IMG/VR virus record: IMGVR_UViG_3300012165_000002
Location: 1-64,000 of that record
Direction: 5' to 3' (one strand)
Source: a virus
Length of the DNA stretch: 64,000 bases
Part shown: piece by piece, positions 51,487 to 60,337 of the stretch
Numbering within the stretch: position 1 is the stretch's first letter
Layout: each line of letters starts with the position of its first letter
Program-made: the position numbers and the translations under genes
Notes under the pieces: generated by a model
Databases searched by the model: none
Told to the model about the DNA's origin: nothing
The model's input: the letters and a program-made list of their open reading frames with translations, nothing else

Positions 51487-52091
51487 ATTATATACCAAGC
51501 GTAATAACAGAAATCGAGAGATGGCATTCACTTTTCAATGAAAAGTATTTTAATAATGAATTACTGCCAGTAATTATCACAATTCAAAAAACTCGCCCAA
51601 ACAATTTGGGATATATTACATGTGGAAAGGTTTGGAGAAGTGTTGATGGTGAAGATGCTTATTACGAAATCAATTTGAGCGCAAGTATCCTCCATAATAA
51701 TGTCACTGATATTGCAGGAGTTCTTTTACATGAAATGGTGCATGAGGATAATTTGATGAAAGAAATAAAAGATTGTAACGGACAAGTACACAATAAAAAG
51801 TTCAAAGTGAGTGCAGAACGAGTTGGATTGGAAGTTGAGCGCAGTAAAAAATATGGATTTGGCCATACGAAAGTTGTGCAAGGAACAGAACTTGAGGAGT
51901 TTATCACAAATGAAATTCAACCTAACTCTGAGACATTTCAATATGCTCGTATGATAGAACCGGCAAGACCACGTGCAGAAAAGAGAATCTTCAAGTATGT
52001 CTGCCCAAATTGCGAAACTAAAGCGATGGCAAAAAGAGATGTTGAATTGGTTTGTGGAGCTTGTGATAGCCGTATGGAAATGGAGGAATAG
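51483..52091 (+). CDS. SprT-like zinc metalloprotease domain protein with C-terminal zinc ribbon
   Basis: HEMVH (HExxH) inside an SprT-like context (YEINLSASILHNNVTDIAGVLLHEMVHE). C-terminal CPNC..CGAC. Confidence 0.7.
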   Translation: MNYIPSVITEIERWHSLFNEKYFNNELLPVIITIQKTRPNNLGYITCGKVWRSVDGEDAYYEINLSASILHNNVTDIAGVLLHEMVHEDNLMKEIKDCNGQVHNKKFKVSAERVGLEVERSKKYGFGHTKVVQGTELEEFITNEIQPNSETFQYARMIEPARPRAEKRIFKYVCPNCETKAMAKRDVELVCGACDSRMEMEE

Positions 52092-52160
52092 GATGGGAAA
52101 TTACATTGAAGCAAATGTGAGATTGTTGTTATCTGAATTATCACCGAAAGGGGTGAGTGG

Positions 52161-52367
52161 ATGACATTATTTTGGATTATAATATTGTTTTGGATTTGGT
52201 GTAAATCTTATAAAACGCCATATCAGAAATACCAAGAGCAGCATCCTGAATTATTTCCACCACCAGAGCCGTTTCATATTGTAGAATATGAATCGTGTGA
52301 TGAACGATTGGCGGCGGCTATCCGCAGATTTAATAATGTTGGAAAACCTAAAGATGAATGTGAGTGA
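52161..52367 (+). CDS. Small membrane-anchored protein (68 aa)
   Basis: AAAGGGGTGAGTGG RBS; N-terminal helix LFWIIILFWIW. Confidence 0.5.
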   Translation: MTLFWIIILFWIWCKSYKTPYQKYQEQHPELFPPPEPFHIVEYESCDERLAAAIRRFNNVGKPKDECE

Positions 52368-52373
52368 AATTGA

Positions 52374-52401
52374 TTTGGTACCGGCACAAATGTCGGTACC
52401 A
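52374..52401 (+). terminator. Hairpin upstream of the MazF-like gene (terminator or regulatory)
   Basis: TTGGTACCG / CGGTACCAA 9-bp stem, 10-nt loop, no U-run. Confidence 0.45.
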
Positions 52402-52433
52402 AACTATATTATAATAGGAGGTTACATAACAAA

Positions 52434-52775
52434 ATGAGAAGTATAAAAAGAGGAGAAGTGTATACAATAGATTTTGGAAACGAAGTTGTAGGTTCTGAAC
52501 AGGGTGGCAAGCGATTGGGAGTGATCCTGCAAAATAATAAAGGGAATTTACATTCACCAACAGTTATTGTGGCTACTATCACAAGCAAATGTAAAAAAGT
52601 AAAACAGCCAACACATGTAATAGTACATGATCCATTAAGAGAGGTGTCTTGTATTTTATTGGAGCAATTAAAAACAATTTCTGTAGACAGATTAGGTATG
52701 AAAATTGGAGAGTTAAGCGAAAGAGATATGAAGAGAGTTGATAGGGCATTAAGTATTTCATTGGGATTAAATTAA
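52434..52775 (+). CDS. MazF/PemK/Kid-family endoribonuclease toxin
   Basis: 113 aa; RGEVYTIDFG..VGSEQGGKRLGVILQNN..PTVIVATITSK..ILLEQLKTISVDRLG..GELSERDMKRVDRALSISLGL follows the family pattern end to end. Confidence 0.85.
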   Translation: MRSIKRGEVYTIDFGNEVVGSEQGGKRLGVILQNNKGNLHSPTVIVATITSKCKKVKQPTHVIVHDPLREVSCILLEQLKTISVDRLGMKIGELSERDMKRVDRALSISLGLN

Positions 52776-52792
52776 AATAAGGAGATGTTGCT

Positions 52793-53374
52793 ATGTATTT
52801 TATAAAATGTCAAGACCATTATATCGGAAAAGATAATAACAATCGGCCAACCAAAGTGGCCAATATAAAATTGGCAATAAAATTTAACAGTATAACCAAA
52901 GCCAATAATTATAAAATGACTCTTCCCAAAATATACACTGATCCAATAATTGAAGAGAGTTGTGAGACAGTACGTGTGGAAGACCGAATTGAAAATATGG
53001 ATATGAGTATAATCGAAGGGATTTCAGATGCAATCAATGAATTTAATCTTAGTTTACAAAAACTTAAACGGGCAAAAGAAGAAGTGGAGTTGTCGATGTC
53101 TTATTATGACACCAAGAAATCTGAATTTGAACATTTGTTTGAGTTTAGTAAGCTTCCGGCTAATGTGCGCTCAATAATGGATAAGGCGTATGATGAATGT
53201 TTGAGAGAGCGGAGAGAGAACAAAAGGAAATATGCTAAATTGTGCTCAATCAACGCCGCGTTAAAAAGATCTGGAATAAATACAAGAATTGATAATAAAG
53301 TAATGGGAGGAGATAAATTTATTCCAACTATATTGAAAAACGAATTTGAAGTTTGCAAAAGGTGGTTAATTTAA
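52793..53374 (+). CDS. Hypothetical protein (193 aa)
   Basis: TAAGGAGATGTTGCT RBS; no motif recognised. Confidence 0.6.
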   Translation: MYFIKCQDHYIGKDNNNRPTKVANIKLAIKFNSITKANNYKMTLPKIYTDPIIEESCETVRVEDRIENMDMSIIEGISDAINEFNLSLQKLKRAKEEVELSMSYYDTKKSEFEHLFEFSKLPANVRSIMDKAYDECLRERRENKRKYAKLCSINAALKRSGINTRIDNKVMGGDKFIPTILKNEFEVCKRWLI

Positions 53375-53384
53375 TTCAAATATT

Positions 53385-53426
53385 TTAGTTGACATTATGT
53401 AAATAATAAGATATAATGTCAACTAA
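53385..53426 (+). promoter_or_regulatory. Consensus SigA promoter embedded in a perfect 14-bp inverted repeat
   Basis: TTGACA (53389-53394), 17-nt spacer, TATAAT (53412-53417). Arms TTAGTTGACATTAT (53385-53398) / ATAATGTCAACTAA (53413-53426). Confidence 0.75.
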
Positions 53427-53447
53427 ACTACATAAAGGAGGATATAT

Positions 53448-54344
53448 ATGGATAATTTAGCAAGAGTATTTAGCATAGAGGAATATAAAAACAAGATGCA
53501 GTTGGAAAGACAGGTAGCAGAGCGAAATGATGGCGAGTTATCAACCGAAGAAATGTTCAGAATAATGATGAAGAGGATGGATAAATTAGAAGAACAAGCT
53601 GAGAGTAGAAAGCCAAAGACGAATAAGAAAAATAAAGCAGAACATACAGGAGTAGTAGAGCAGAAAAAAGAATACAGCAAAAACATAATAAAGAATATTG
53701 ATCAAATAGATCTTATTAGAGATACATTTTTAAAAAATGCTAGAGGGCGATATAGAGTGTCTAATTTGAAAAATAGATTATATGTAAGTTGTCAATTATA
53801 TACAGCTCTTAGATGTTCTGATGTTTTGACGTTAAGGTTCTGTGATTTTTTAGACGAATTAGATTTGGATAATGACATTATCAAATTCAAAGATAAACTC
53901 GTTATTTCTGAAATTAAAACAAGAGAACATAATCCAAATAGACATGTTTTTATAAACAAGGCAATTAAAGATGATATATTAATGTACTTGAATGTCAATA
54001 AAAATGTCAAATTAGATTCATATATTTTCAGCAGTAAGTCTGTGAATTCAAAAGACGAAGATAGTAAACCTATGAGCATTAATGCTGTCAATTCCATGCT
54101 TGACAAGGTTGGTAAAAGAGCTGGATTGGACTTCAAAATTACGTCGCATTGTTTGAGGCGAACGTCCTGTTATCATTTGTATATGCAAAACGGGCAAAGC
54201 AATCGTACACTACACTTAATCCAGAGTATGTTGAACCATTCCAGTGAGAGACAGACACTTGTATATTTGGGATTTGATGAAGAAGAGCAGAAAGAGGCAT
54301 ATTTAAATTTGAACTTGCAAAAGGGGTGTAAAGATGATATATAA
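53448..54344 (+). CDS. Tyrosine recombinase (XerC/D / phage-integrase family)
   Basis: TALRCSDVLTLRF (catalytic Arg box), HCLRRT (HxxR), LNHSSERQTLVYLG (His/Tyr box). Confidence 0.8.
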   Translation: MDNLARVFSIEEYKNKMQLERQVAERNDGELSTEEMFRIMMKRMDKLEEQAESRKPKTNKKNKAEHTGVVEQKKEYSKNIIKNIDQIDLIRDTFLKNARGRYRVSNLKNRLYVSCQLYTALRCSDVLTLRFCDFLDELDLDNDIIKFKDKLVISEIKTREHNPNRHVFINKAIKDDILMYLNVNKNVKLDSYIFSSKSVNSKDEDSKPMSINAVNSMLDKVGKRAGLDFKITSHCLRRTSCYHLYMQNGQSNRTLHLIQSMLNHSSERQTLVYLGFDEEEQKEAYLNLNLQKGCKDDI

Positions 54345-54462
54345 AGTATTCTTTACTGATGGCTCAAGTCTTGAGATTCAAGCAGCAAATACTTCAGAGG
54401 CGAGGTTAAAAGCCAGTAACATTAGAACACAGCCAATTGCAAACGTAATATTCATAAGATAA
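54334..54462 (+). CDS. Hypothetical small protein (42 aa)
   Basis: ATG 54334 behind AAAGGGGTGTAAAG; overlaps the recombinase stop. Confidence 0.4.
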   Translation: MIYKVFFTDGSSLEIQAANTSEARLKASNIRTQPIANVIFIR

Positions 54463-54485
54463 AAAACCACTACAAAGGAGAAAAT

Positions 54486-55091
54486 ATGAGAAAAATTATT
54501 AAAACGCTAATAATATCGCTAGTTATGATAGCAATAATATTCATTAATGCAAAAGAAGTAGTCGCCAACAATGACAATTATGTGGAAGTTATAGATGAAG
54601 TTATAAACTTCTTTGAAGAATTAGTAGTTGAAACTGAAGAAGTTGATGAAAGTCTGATTTCAATAAACGTACTATATGATAGTTCCACAAAAACTTACAT
54701 GGATTATAGACTGATAACAAATAAATCATCAGCCCAATATGATTATATTTATAATTCAGGACTAATTGAGTTTTGTGATGATGGACATTTGAGAGAAGAT
54801 GAACATATTGGAGTTGCTTTGGGATCGTATTTTGGCGATATCGGTGATAAATTTATTTTCAAATTGGATTCCGGTATTGAATTGAAGCTTATAAAGTTGG
54901 ATGAAAAGGATGATGATCACACAGTTGATGGTTTTATACACAATGAAGACGAATCGGTGATAGAGTTTATTATCGATGAGGATTTGATGGAGGATAAGCG
55001 AGCCAGAAATGGATATATTTACAACGGAAATTTTAATAATGCGCAGCAATACAAGGGAAAAATAATAGAAATATGGAAGGTGGTAAATTAA
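54486..55091 (+). CDS. Secreted protein (201 aa)
   Basis: Signal-peptide-like MRKIIKTLIISLVMIAIIFINAKEVVA; AAAGGAGAAAAT RBS. Antisense ORF 54762..55415 judged spurious. Confidence 0.6.
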   Translation: MRKIIKTLIISLVMIAIIFINAKEVVANNDNYVEVIDEVINFFEELVVETEEVDESLISINVLYDSSTKTYMDYRLITNKSSAQYDYIYNSGLIEFCDDGHLREDEHIGVALGSYFGDIGDKFIFKLDSGIELKLIKLDEKDDDHTVDGFIHNEDESVIEFIIDEDLMEDKRARNGYIYNGNFNNAQQYKGKIIEIWKVVN

Positions 55092-55092
55092 A

Positions 55093-55239
55093 GTGAAGTT
55101 GGTTTGTGATTGTGGTAATGTTGAGGAGTTAAGTATGCATGATAATCCTGATAGCTTTGAAGTAGGCGCTTCATCTTCTGGCGAATATATTTCAATTGAA
55201 TGCAGTAAATGTGGTGCATATATCGAATTTATTTGTTGA
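55093..55239 (+). CDS. Hypothetical zinc-ribbon protein (48 aa)
   Basis: GTG 55093 behind GAAGGTGG; CDCG..CSKCG. Confidence 0.4.
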   Translation: MKLVCDCGNVEELSMHDNPDSFEVGASSSGEYISIECSKCGAYIEFIC

Positions 55240-55257
55240 TAGTATAAGGAGGAGACT

Positions 55258-55659
55258 ATGTTTAAATTTATTAAAGACAAATATACAATTGAAGATGCAA
55301 TACAAGATAGAAAAAATAAAACGTATATGAAAAAGGCGAATGCTATTGTAGATGATTTCAAATTATGGTTTGAAAATGAGGTTAAATGGAAATTAAGAAA
55401 TAGTAATATGCCCACTATAGCTTGTTTTGGAATATCTTCTGTTAGAGATAGGCTTGAGTACAGTAATAAATATATTTACACAGGAACTATGACTTATGAA
55501 ATATACAAGCTAATTAAGCATTATGTACAAGAGATGTGCGATAAATATAATTGGGAATTGATAGAAAAGGGGCAGTTGAATTTTGCAGGAGGAGGAAGAA
55601 ATGGAGTTGATTTTTGGGTAAATACTAAGGAATTGGAGGAAGAAAATGTCAGTATATAA
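55258..55659 (+). CDS. Hypothetical protein (133 aa)
   Basis: TAAGGAGGAGACT RBS. Confidence 0.6.
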   Translation: MFKFIKDKYTIEDAIQDRKNKTYMKKANAIVDDFKLWFENEVKWKLRNSNMPTIACFGISSVRDRLEYSNKYIYTGTMTYEIYKLIKHYVQEMCDKYNWELIEKGQLNFAGGGRNGVDFWVNTKELEEENVSI

Positions 55660-55840
55660 AGAAAACGGAGGCTACACAGATTTAGCTGAACGATGTGAAA
55701 ATGAAATAAAAAAAGATTTGAGATATGTAGTTGAAAAGTATATGAGGGATGAAAAAATGAAACCAGAAGAGATACATTATATAATCTCTGGCGCTTTAAG
55801 TGAAGTGTTGCTTGCAACAAAGAGGAAAATTAAATTGTAA
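55646..55840 (+). CDS. Hypothetical protein (64 aa)
   Basis: TGGAGGAAGAAA RBS. Confidence 0.55.
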   Translation: MSVYKENGGYTDLAERCENEIKKDLRYVVEKYMRDEKMKPEEIHYIISGALSEVLLATKRKIKL

Positions 55841-55854
55841 ATAGGAGGAGTAAA

Positions 55855-56319
55855 ATGTTTGAATTTAACGAAAATGGATTATACAAAATGAAAGCTCCAT
55901 CGTGGGAAGAATGTAAGAATCGCGATCCATACTGGTGTCAAAATTGGACTTTTAGGCCAGTTAAAAACTCTAATGGTGAATGGTATATGCATGATACTTA
56001 TTATAATTCTTGGGGATATCATAATATAAAAGTCACAGAAGAAAATGTTAATGATTTCAAATTTGTATTTGACTTCAGAGAAGTTAAGCAGATACCCGAT
56101 GGGACTGAAAATGAATATAATGAAAGTGACTTGTATATGGTTGCAACTAATAGCGGCGGGTATAGTTGTGGAAATTTGCATTGGGTTAAAAAAGATGCCA
56201 AAAGATCAATTGATAAATTGATTGCCAAACAGAAAAGAAAAGTTAAATATTTGGAGAGCGATTTGAAATATGAAAGTGAACAATTAAAAAAGATGGAGAG
56301 TGGTGAATATCGGTTATGA
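55855..56319 (+). CDS. Hypothetical protein (154 aa)
   Basis: TAGGAGGAGTAAA RBS. Confidence 0.6.
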   Translation: MFEFNENGLYKMKAPSWEECKNRDPYWCQNWTFRPVKNSNGEWYMHDTYYNSWGYHNIKVTEENVNDFKFVFDFREVKQIPDGTENEYNESDLYMVATNSGGYSCGNLHWVKKDAKRSIDKLIAKQKRKVKYLESDLKYESEQLKKMESGEYRL

Positions 56320-56546
56320 AAAATAATTGGAAAAAATTTGCAGAAATATGCAACGTCCCATACAATAAAAGATTTTCAACGAACGGCTATGGCGATATGA
56401 GAATTAATAATAGGGGCCTGTATATTTATAAAATCAGTGAAGAAGATTTTTATGGATATTGGTATGAAGATTATTACTGGAATGGCGATATGATACAGGG
56501 TTTGTTGGATGGGGAAATTAAGGTGGGTGAAAAGTGCGATGGATAA
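56316..56546 (+). CDS. Hypothetical protein (76 aa)
   Basis: ATGA overlap with the upstream gene. Confidence 0.55.
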   Translation: MKNNWKKFAEICNVPYNKRFSTNGYGDMRINNRGLYIYKISEEDFYGYWYEDYYWNGDMIQGLLDGEIKVGEKCDG

Positions 56547-56835
56547 ATCCGATTTGGGAAATATTAAAAACATGAGAGGAGAGCGACGTCCGTTTGATTA
56601 CTATAGTTATCCTTTGCAATATGATCATCTTGGCAAGTATGGATGGGCTTATTTCCCTAATCAAGTTATAGTTCAATTCGATATTTATAATATGTTGTCA
56701 GGAAGCAATCTTTGTGGTGATAAATTATATATTTATTTGTCATTTTATGATTGGGAAAAATTAATGTACGATGAAAATATAGAAGCACTTAATTTACTAG
56801 AATTTGAATGGGGGAAATCATATGACAAAAAATGA
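56539..56835 (+). CDS. Hypothetical protein (98 aa)
   Basis: ATG 56539 behind AAGGTGGGTG. Confidence 0.5.
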   Translation: MDKSDLGNIKNMRGERRPFDYYSYPLQYDHLGKYGWAYFPNQVIVQFDIYNMLSGSNLCGDKLYIYLSFYDWEKLMYDENIEALNLLEFEWGKSYDKK

Positions 56836-57022
56836 AATCAAATTAGTAGAAGAATATTTATACAAATATGACGATGAAGATAGACGAGAGGCGCAACATA
56901 GAAGCCACATAAACTACACATATTTACTAGAGCAATATATAAAAAATAAAAAAAGAGTTGAGCCATTCGTAATTAAGGAAGTTATTAATATTTCTTCGAC
57001 TGGAGGAGGATTGTATGAATAG
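56822..57022 (+). CDS. Hypothetical protein (66 aa)
   Basis: ATG 56822 behind GGGGGAAATCAT. Confidence 0.5.
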   Translation: MTKNEIKLVEEYLYKYDDEDRREAQHRSHINYTYLLEQYIKNKKRVEPFVIKEVINISSTGGGLYE

Positions 57023-57314
57023 TTTTGAAGAGAAGGTTTCTGTCGTAGAAGCTTATATTGATTCTATATATCGCATTGAGAACATAATATCGCAAGGCAT
57101 GTCTGGTATGTATGGTCTTGAACAAGATAGAATAGAAAAGCATGAACGTTTGTGTGAATGTATGATGCTTGATAGAGAAGCAACAAAAGAAGTATGTTTG
57201 AACTTAGATAAATATATTGGATTTGATTTGATAGAACTTGAGTCTGATTATGATTTTTATCTTGAAAAATATGCTCAGAGACTTATTCAACAATTGGGTA
57301 AGCTTGTAAGATAA
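57015..57314 (+). CDS. Hypothetical protein (99 aa)
   Basis: TGGAGGAGGATTGT RBS. Confidence 0.6.
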   Translation: MNSFEEKVSVVEAYIDSIYRIENIISQGMSGMYGLEQDRIEKHERLCECMMLDREATKEVCLNLDKYIGFDLIELESDYDFYLEKYAQRLIQQLGKLVR

Positions 57315-57328
57315 ATAGGAGGAAATAA

Positions 57329-57658
57329 ATGAATACTTTATGGATATTTTTAGTATTAAACTTTATAAATTATATCTGCGATTACCCATTACAAAACTTC
57401 TTTCTTGCCGAATGGAAGCAGAAAAGTAACTATGCTTTATTTGTTCATTGCTTTATTTGGGCAATGGGAGTAGCTTTGGGGTTGAGATATTTTGGTATAT
57501 TTGCATGGTGGAAGTTGATATGGCTTTTTGTTGGTCATTTACTTATGGATTTATGGAAGTGCAGAGGTTATTATAAAGAAATTAATTGGTCTGATGAAAA
57601 GAGTTTTAATATTGATCAAGTATTTCATTTGTTGCAGATTATTATGTGTTTAATATGA
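57329..57658 (+). CDS. Integral membrane protein (109 aa), DUF3307-like (tentative)
   Basis: TAGGAGGAAATAA RBS; three or four hydrophobic helices. ICDYPLQ and GHLLMD resemble the His/Asp-containing motifs of that family. Confidence 0.5.
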   Translation: MNTLWIFLVLNFINYICDYPLQNFFLAEWKQKSNYALFVHCFIWAMGVALGLRYFGIFAWWKLIWLFVGHLLMDLWKCRGYYKEINWSDEKSFNIDQVFHLLQIIMCLI

Positions 57659-57672
57659 AGGGGGAATAAGCT

Positions 57673-57903
57673 ATGTGTGCTACAAAAAATCAAAGATTTT
57701 TAATCAAGTATTCTGACAAGTATTTAAACATTAAAATCTCAAATCTAAAAGTATTTTTTGTAGAAACTCCAAGAGAAGCAAAGGGATATAGTAAAACAAA
57801 TGCGTTTAAATACTTGACAAAGTTATTTGAAAGTGATATATTGCAAGATAAGGATATTAATAATTACAAACTTGTGACTAAATCACAAGAAATGTATGGT
57901 TAA
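57673..57903 (+). CDS. Hypothetical protein (76 aa)
   Basis: GAAGGGGGAATAAGCT RBS. Confidence 0.55.
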   Translation: MCATKNQRFLIKYSDKYLNIKISNLKVFFVETPREAKGYSKTNAFKYLTKLFESDILQDKDINNYKLVTKSQEMYG

Positions 57904-57917
57904 AGGGAGGAATAAAT

Positions 57918-59888
57918 ATGTTATTGCATAAGGGGTTTATTGACATTCAGAGATTTCAAACAAAACATGCAGATTGTTTTGAAAAAGGAGATATAATTTC
58001 AGTTCAAGAAAAGTTGGATGGAAGTTGTAGCAGCATCCAGCACGACAACGAAGAAAATAAATTAATGTGCTTCTCAAGAAGAAAAACATTAAGTCCAACA
58101 GAAACATTAATGGGATTTTATGAATATGTTCAGAAATTAGACATGGATATATTTAAAAAGTATTCAACATATAGGCTATTCGGCGAGTGGAACTTGTCTC
58201 ATCTTGTTAAATATGCTCAAGAGGAAATTAAAAAGTTCCACTGCTTTGATATTTATGACACAATGAATAAAGTTTGGTTGCCACAAGATATAGTCAAAGC
58301 GATTTGTAAAGAGGGAAATATTCAAATGGTTCCGATATTTTATGAAGGAGAGTTTATTTCATGGGATCATATTCAAGAATTTATTGGAAAAACTCAATTC
58401 GGATTGAATAAGGGCGAAGGTTGTTTTCATGGTAAGACACAGATATTAATGAGTGATGAAACATCTAAGCCAATATCACAAGTAAAAGTGGGCGATATGG
58501 TTAAATCATATAATGAAAAAACAGGATTAATAGAAGATAAAAAAGTATTAAATGTATTTAATAATGGAGAAAAACCTATCACAGAATGGGGGAGATATGG
58601 GGTATCGGTATATCGACATAAACATTGTGATGTGCCAGAATCAAATATGCTTATTGTAACACACAACCATAAAATTTGGAATGGCAATGGGTACACTCCA
58701 ATATCACAAAGTAATACATTTTATCAATATGATTATGTAATTACAAAAGAAATTAAACAAGCTATTTTGGGTTTACTTTTATCTGATGGTAGTATTGACA
58801 ATAGATCAAATTTGGTTATTATTACACAAAAAAAAGAAAATCGTGGAGATGATTTATATAGATTGTTTTCGCCAATATCTAATAAACCTTATTACCATAT
58901 TAGCGGAAAAGGTACTGAGATGATAACATTTACTATAAATAAAAGACACACAAGAGATTGGATCAACAAATATATAAACTCAAATGGAAGAAAAAATTGC
59001 AAAGCTATTATTGAGGATTTAGACGAAATTGGAATGGCATTTTTTTACATGGGTGACGGCACTTCATATAAAAAAGGCAGAGCAGAAATATCAACGCACT
59101 CTTTTTCTTTAGAAGAAATTGATGCAATGAAAAATAAAATTAATGACCTATATAATGAATATCCGACAGAAAAAATAGATAAAAGAGTTAATTTACAAAA
59201 ATATTCTGGTATTTCACTACTATTTAATGCTCAACTTCGAGAAAGATTTGAGTCTATAAGTGGTAAATATTTTTTACCATCTTTTAGATATAAAATAAGA
59301 AATGAACATGAATGGATTTCGCTATCAATAGAAAAGGGATTAGTGAAAAAACCAATATTATCACACCACAATGACATTACAGAAAACAATACTAATTATA
59401 AAAAGTGGCGCAATATTGAAGCTTTTGATATTGAAGTAGAAGATAATCATAATTATTTCGCAGAAAAAGTGCTTGTTCATAATTGTGTAATCAAGAATCA
59501 GACCAAACTTAATAATCCTGACGAAAGAAAACCGTTTGTTGTAAAGTTAGTATCAACTGAGTATCAAGAAACTGCAAAAAACAGACACATTAGAGAGCCT
59601 TTGAGTGCAGATGAGATTGCTAAAAGAGAATACTTGAGCGATCTGACAGCAAGTATTGTTACTGAAAATAGAGTTGAAAAAAATCTTTATAAAATGATTA
59701 CTGAAAATGTTTTGCCTGAAGATTGGGATGAAACAAGTATGAGTTTGATTGCAAAAGAGCTTCCAAGAATTATTTATAATGATTGTGTCAAAGAAGAAAA
59801 TGATACTGTAGAAAAAATAGAAAACTTTGGCAAACTTTGTGCTTCTCACACAATGCAGATTGTAAGAAAAATGTTGCAAAATAGATAA
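57918..59888 (+). CDS. Rnl2-family ATP-dependent RNA ligase containing an intein
   Basis: Nucleotidyltransferase motifs in order: I QEKLDGSC, III LFGEW, IIIa FHCFDIYD, IV GEG-[intein]-CVIK, V FVVKLVS. Followed by an Rnl2-like helical C-terminal domain. Confidence 0.75.
   Translation: MLLHKGFIDIQRFQTKHADCFEKGDIISVQEKLDGSCSSIQHDNEENKLMCFSRRKTLSPTETLMGFYEYVQKLDMDIFKKYSTYRLFGEWNLSHLVKYAQEEIKKFHCFDIYDTMNKVWLPQDIVKAICKEGNIQMVPIFYEGEFISWDHIQEFIGKTQFGLNKGEGCFHGKTQILMSDETSKPISQVKVGDMVKSYNEKTGLIEDKKVLNVFNNGEKPITEWGRYGVSVYRHKHCDVPESNMLIVTHNHKIWNGNGYTPISQSNTFYQYDYVITKEIKQAILGLLLSDGSIDNRSNLVIITQKKENRGDDLYRLFSPISNKPYYHISGKGTEMITFTINKRHTRDWINKYINSNGRKNCKAIIEDLDEIGMAFFYMGDGTSYKKGRAEISTHSFSLEEIDAMKNKINDLYNEYPTEKIDKRVNLQKYSGISLLFNAQLRERFESISGKYFLPSFRYKIRNEHEWISLSIEKGLVKKPILSHHNDITENNTNYKKWRNIEAFDIEVEDNHNYFAEKVLVHNCVIKNQTKLNNPDERKPFVVKLVSTEYQETAKNRHIREPLSADEIAKREYLSDLTASIVTENRVEKNLYKMITENVLPEDWDETSMSLIAKELPRIIYNDCVKEENDTVEKIENFGKLCASHTMQIVRKMLQNR
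58422..59483 (+). mobile_element. Intein (354 aa) with LAGLIDADG endonuclease domain, inserted in ligase motif IV
   Basis: Starts CFHGKTQILM (Cys codon 58422-58424) and ends KVLVHN (Asn codon 59481-59483), followed by +1 Cys. LGLLLSDGSI and FFYMGDGTSY motifs. Confidence 0.85.
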
Positions 59889-59910
59889 TGCTTGAAAGGA
59901 GAAAATTAAT

Positions 59911-60099
59911 ATGACAACTAATCAGCTTAATAAATTATTTTGCAAACATAAATATGATATATTTTTAGAGCAACATATTATTAATAGTGGTATGGATAAA
60001 CTCATATATAGAAAATGTTCTAAATGTGGAAAAATTACATGTGGCAATATTGATTATTGGTTTAAAAAGGAGAATGATTATGCAATATGTATTAAATGA
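59911..60099 (+). CDS. Hypothetical zinc-ribbon protein (62 aa)
   Basis: GAAAGGAGAAAATTAAT RBS; CKHK..CSKCGKITC. Confidence 0.55.
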   Translation: MTTNQLNKLFCKHKYDIFLEQHIINSGMDKLIYRKCSKCGKITCGNIDYWFKKENDYAICIK

Positions 60100-60337
60100 T
60101 GAGGAATATAAAGAATATTTAGAATTAAAAGATTTAAAAATTAAATATGACAACCAAAAACAAAGAATATTAGAAAGTTTTGAAAGTATTCCAAATGAAA
60201 TTAAAGGTAGAGATGACCAAATTTTAAAAGTTTTTAACACATCACATTTATCTCTAAATGTTCAACAAATATTAAAATATTTTGAAATTGAATATTGGGG
60301 AAGTTTTAGTATAAATTTTCATATGACTAAATTTTAA
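60080..60337 (+). CDS. Hypothetical protein (85 aa)
   Basis: ATG 60080 behind AAAAGGAGAATGATT. Confidence 0.55.
   Translation: MQYVLNDEEYKEYLELKDLKIKYDNQKQRILESFESIPNEIKGRDDQILKVFNTSHLSLNVQQILKYFEIEYWGSFSINFHMTKF

Noticed and set aside
54762-55415. 217-aa minus-strand ORF
   Set aside because: It is antisense to three RBS-supported plus-strand genes in a strictly plus-strand operon. The sequence is low-complexity and hydrophobic, with no RBS.
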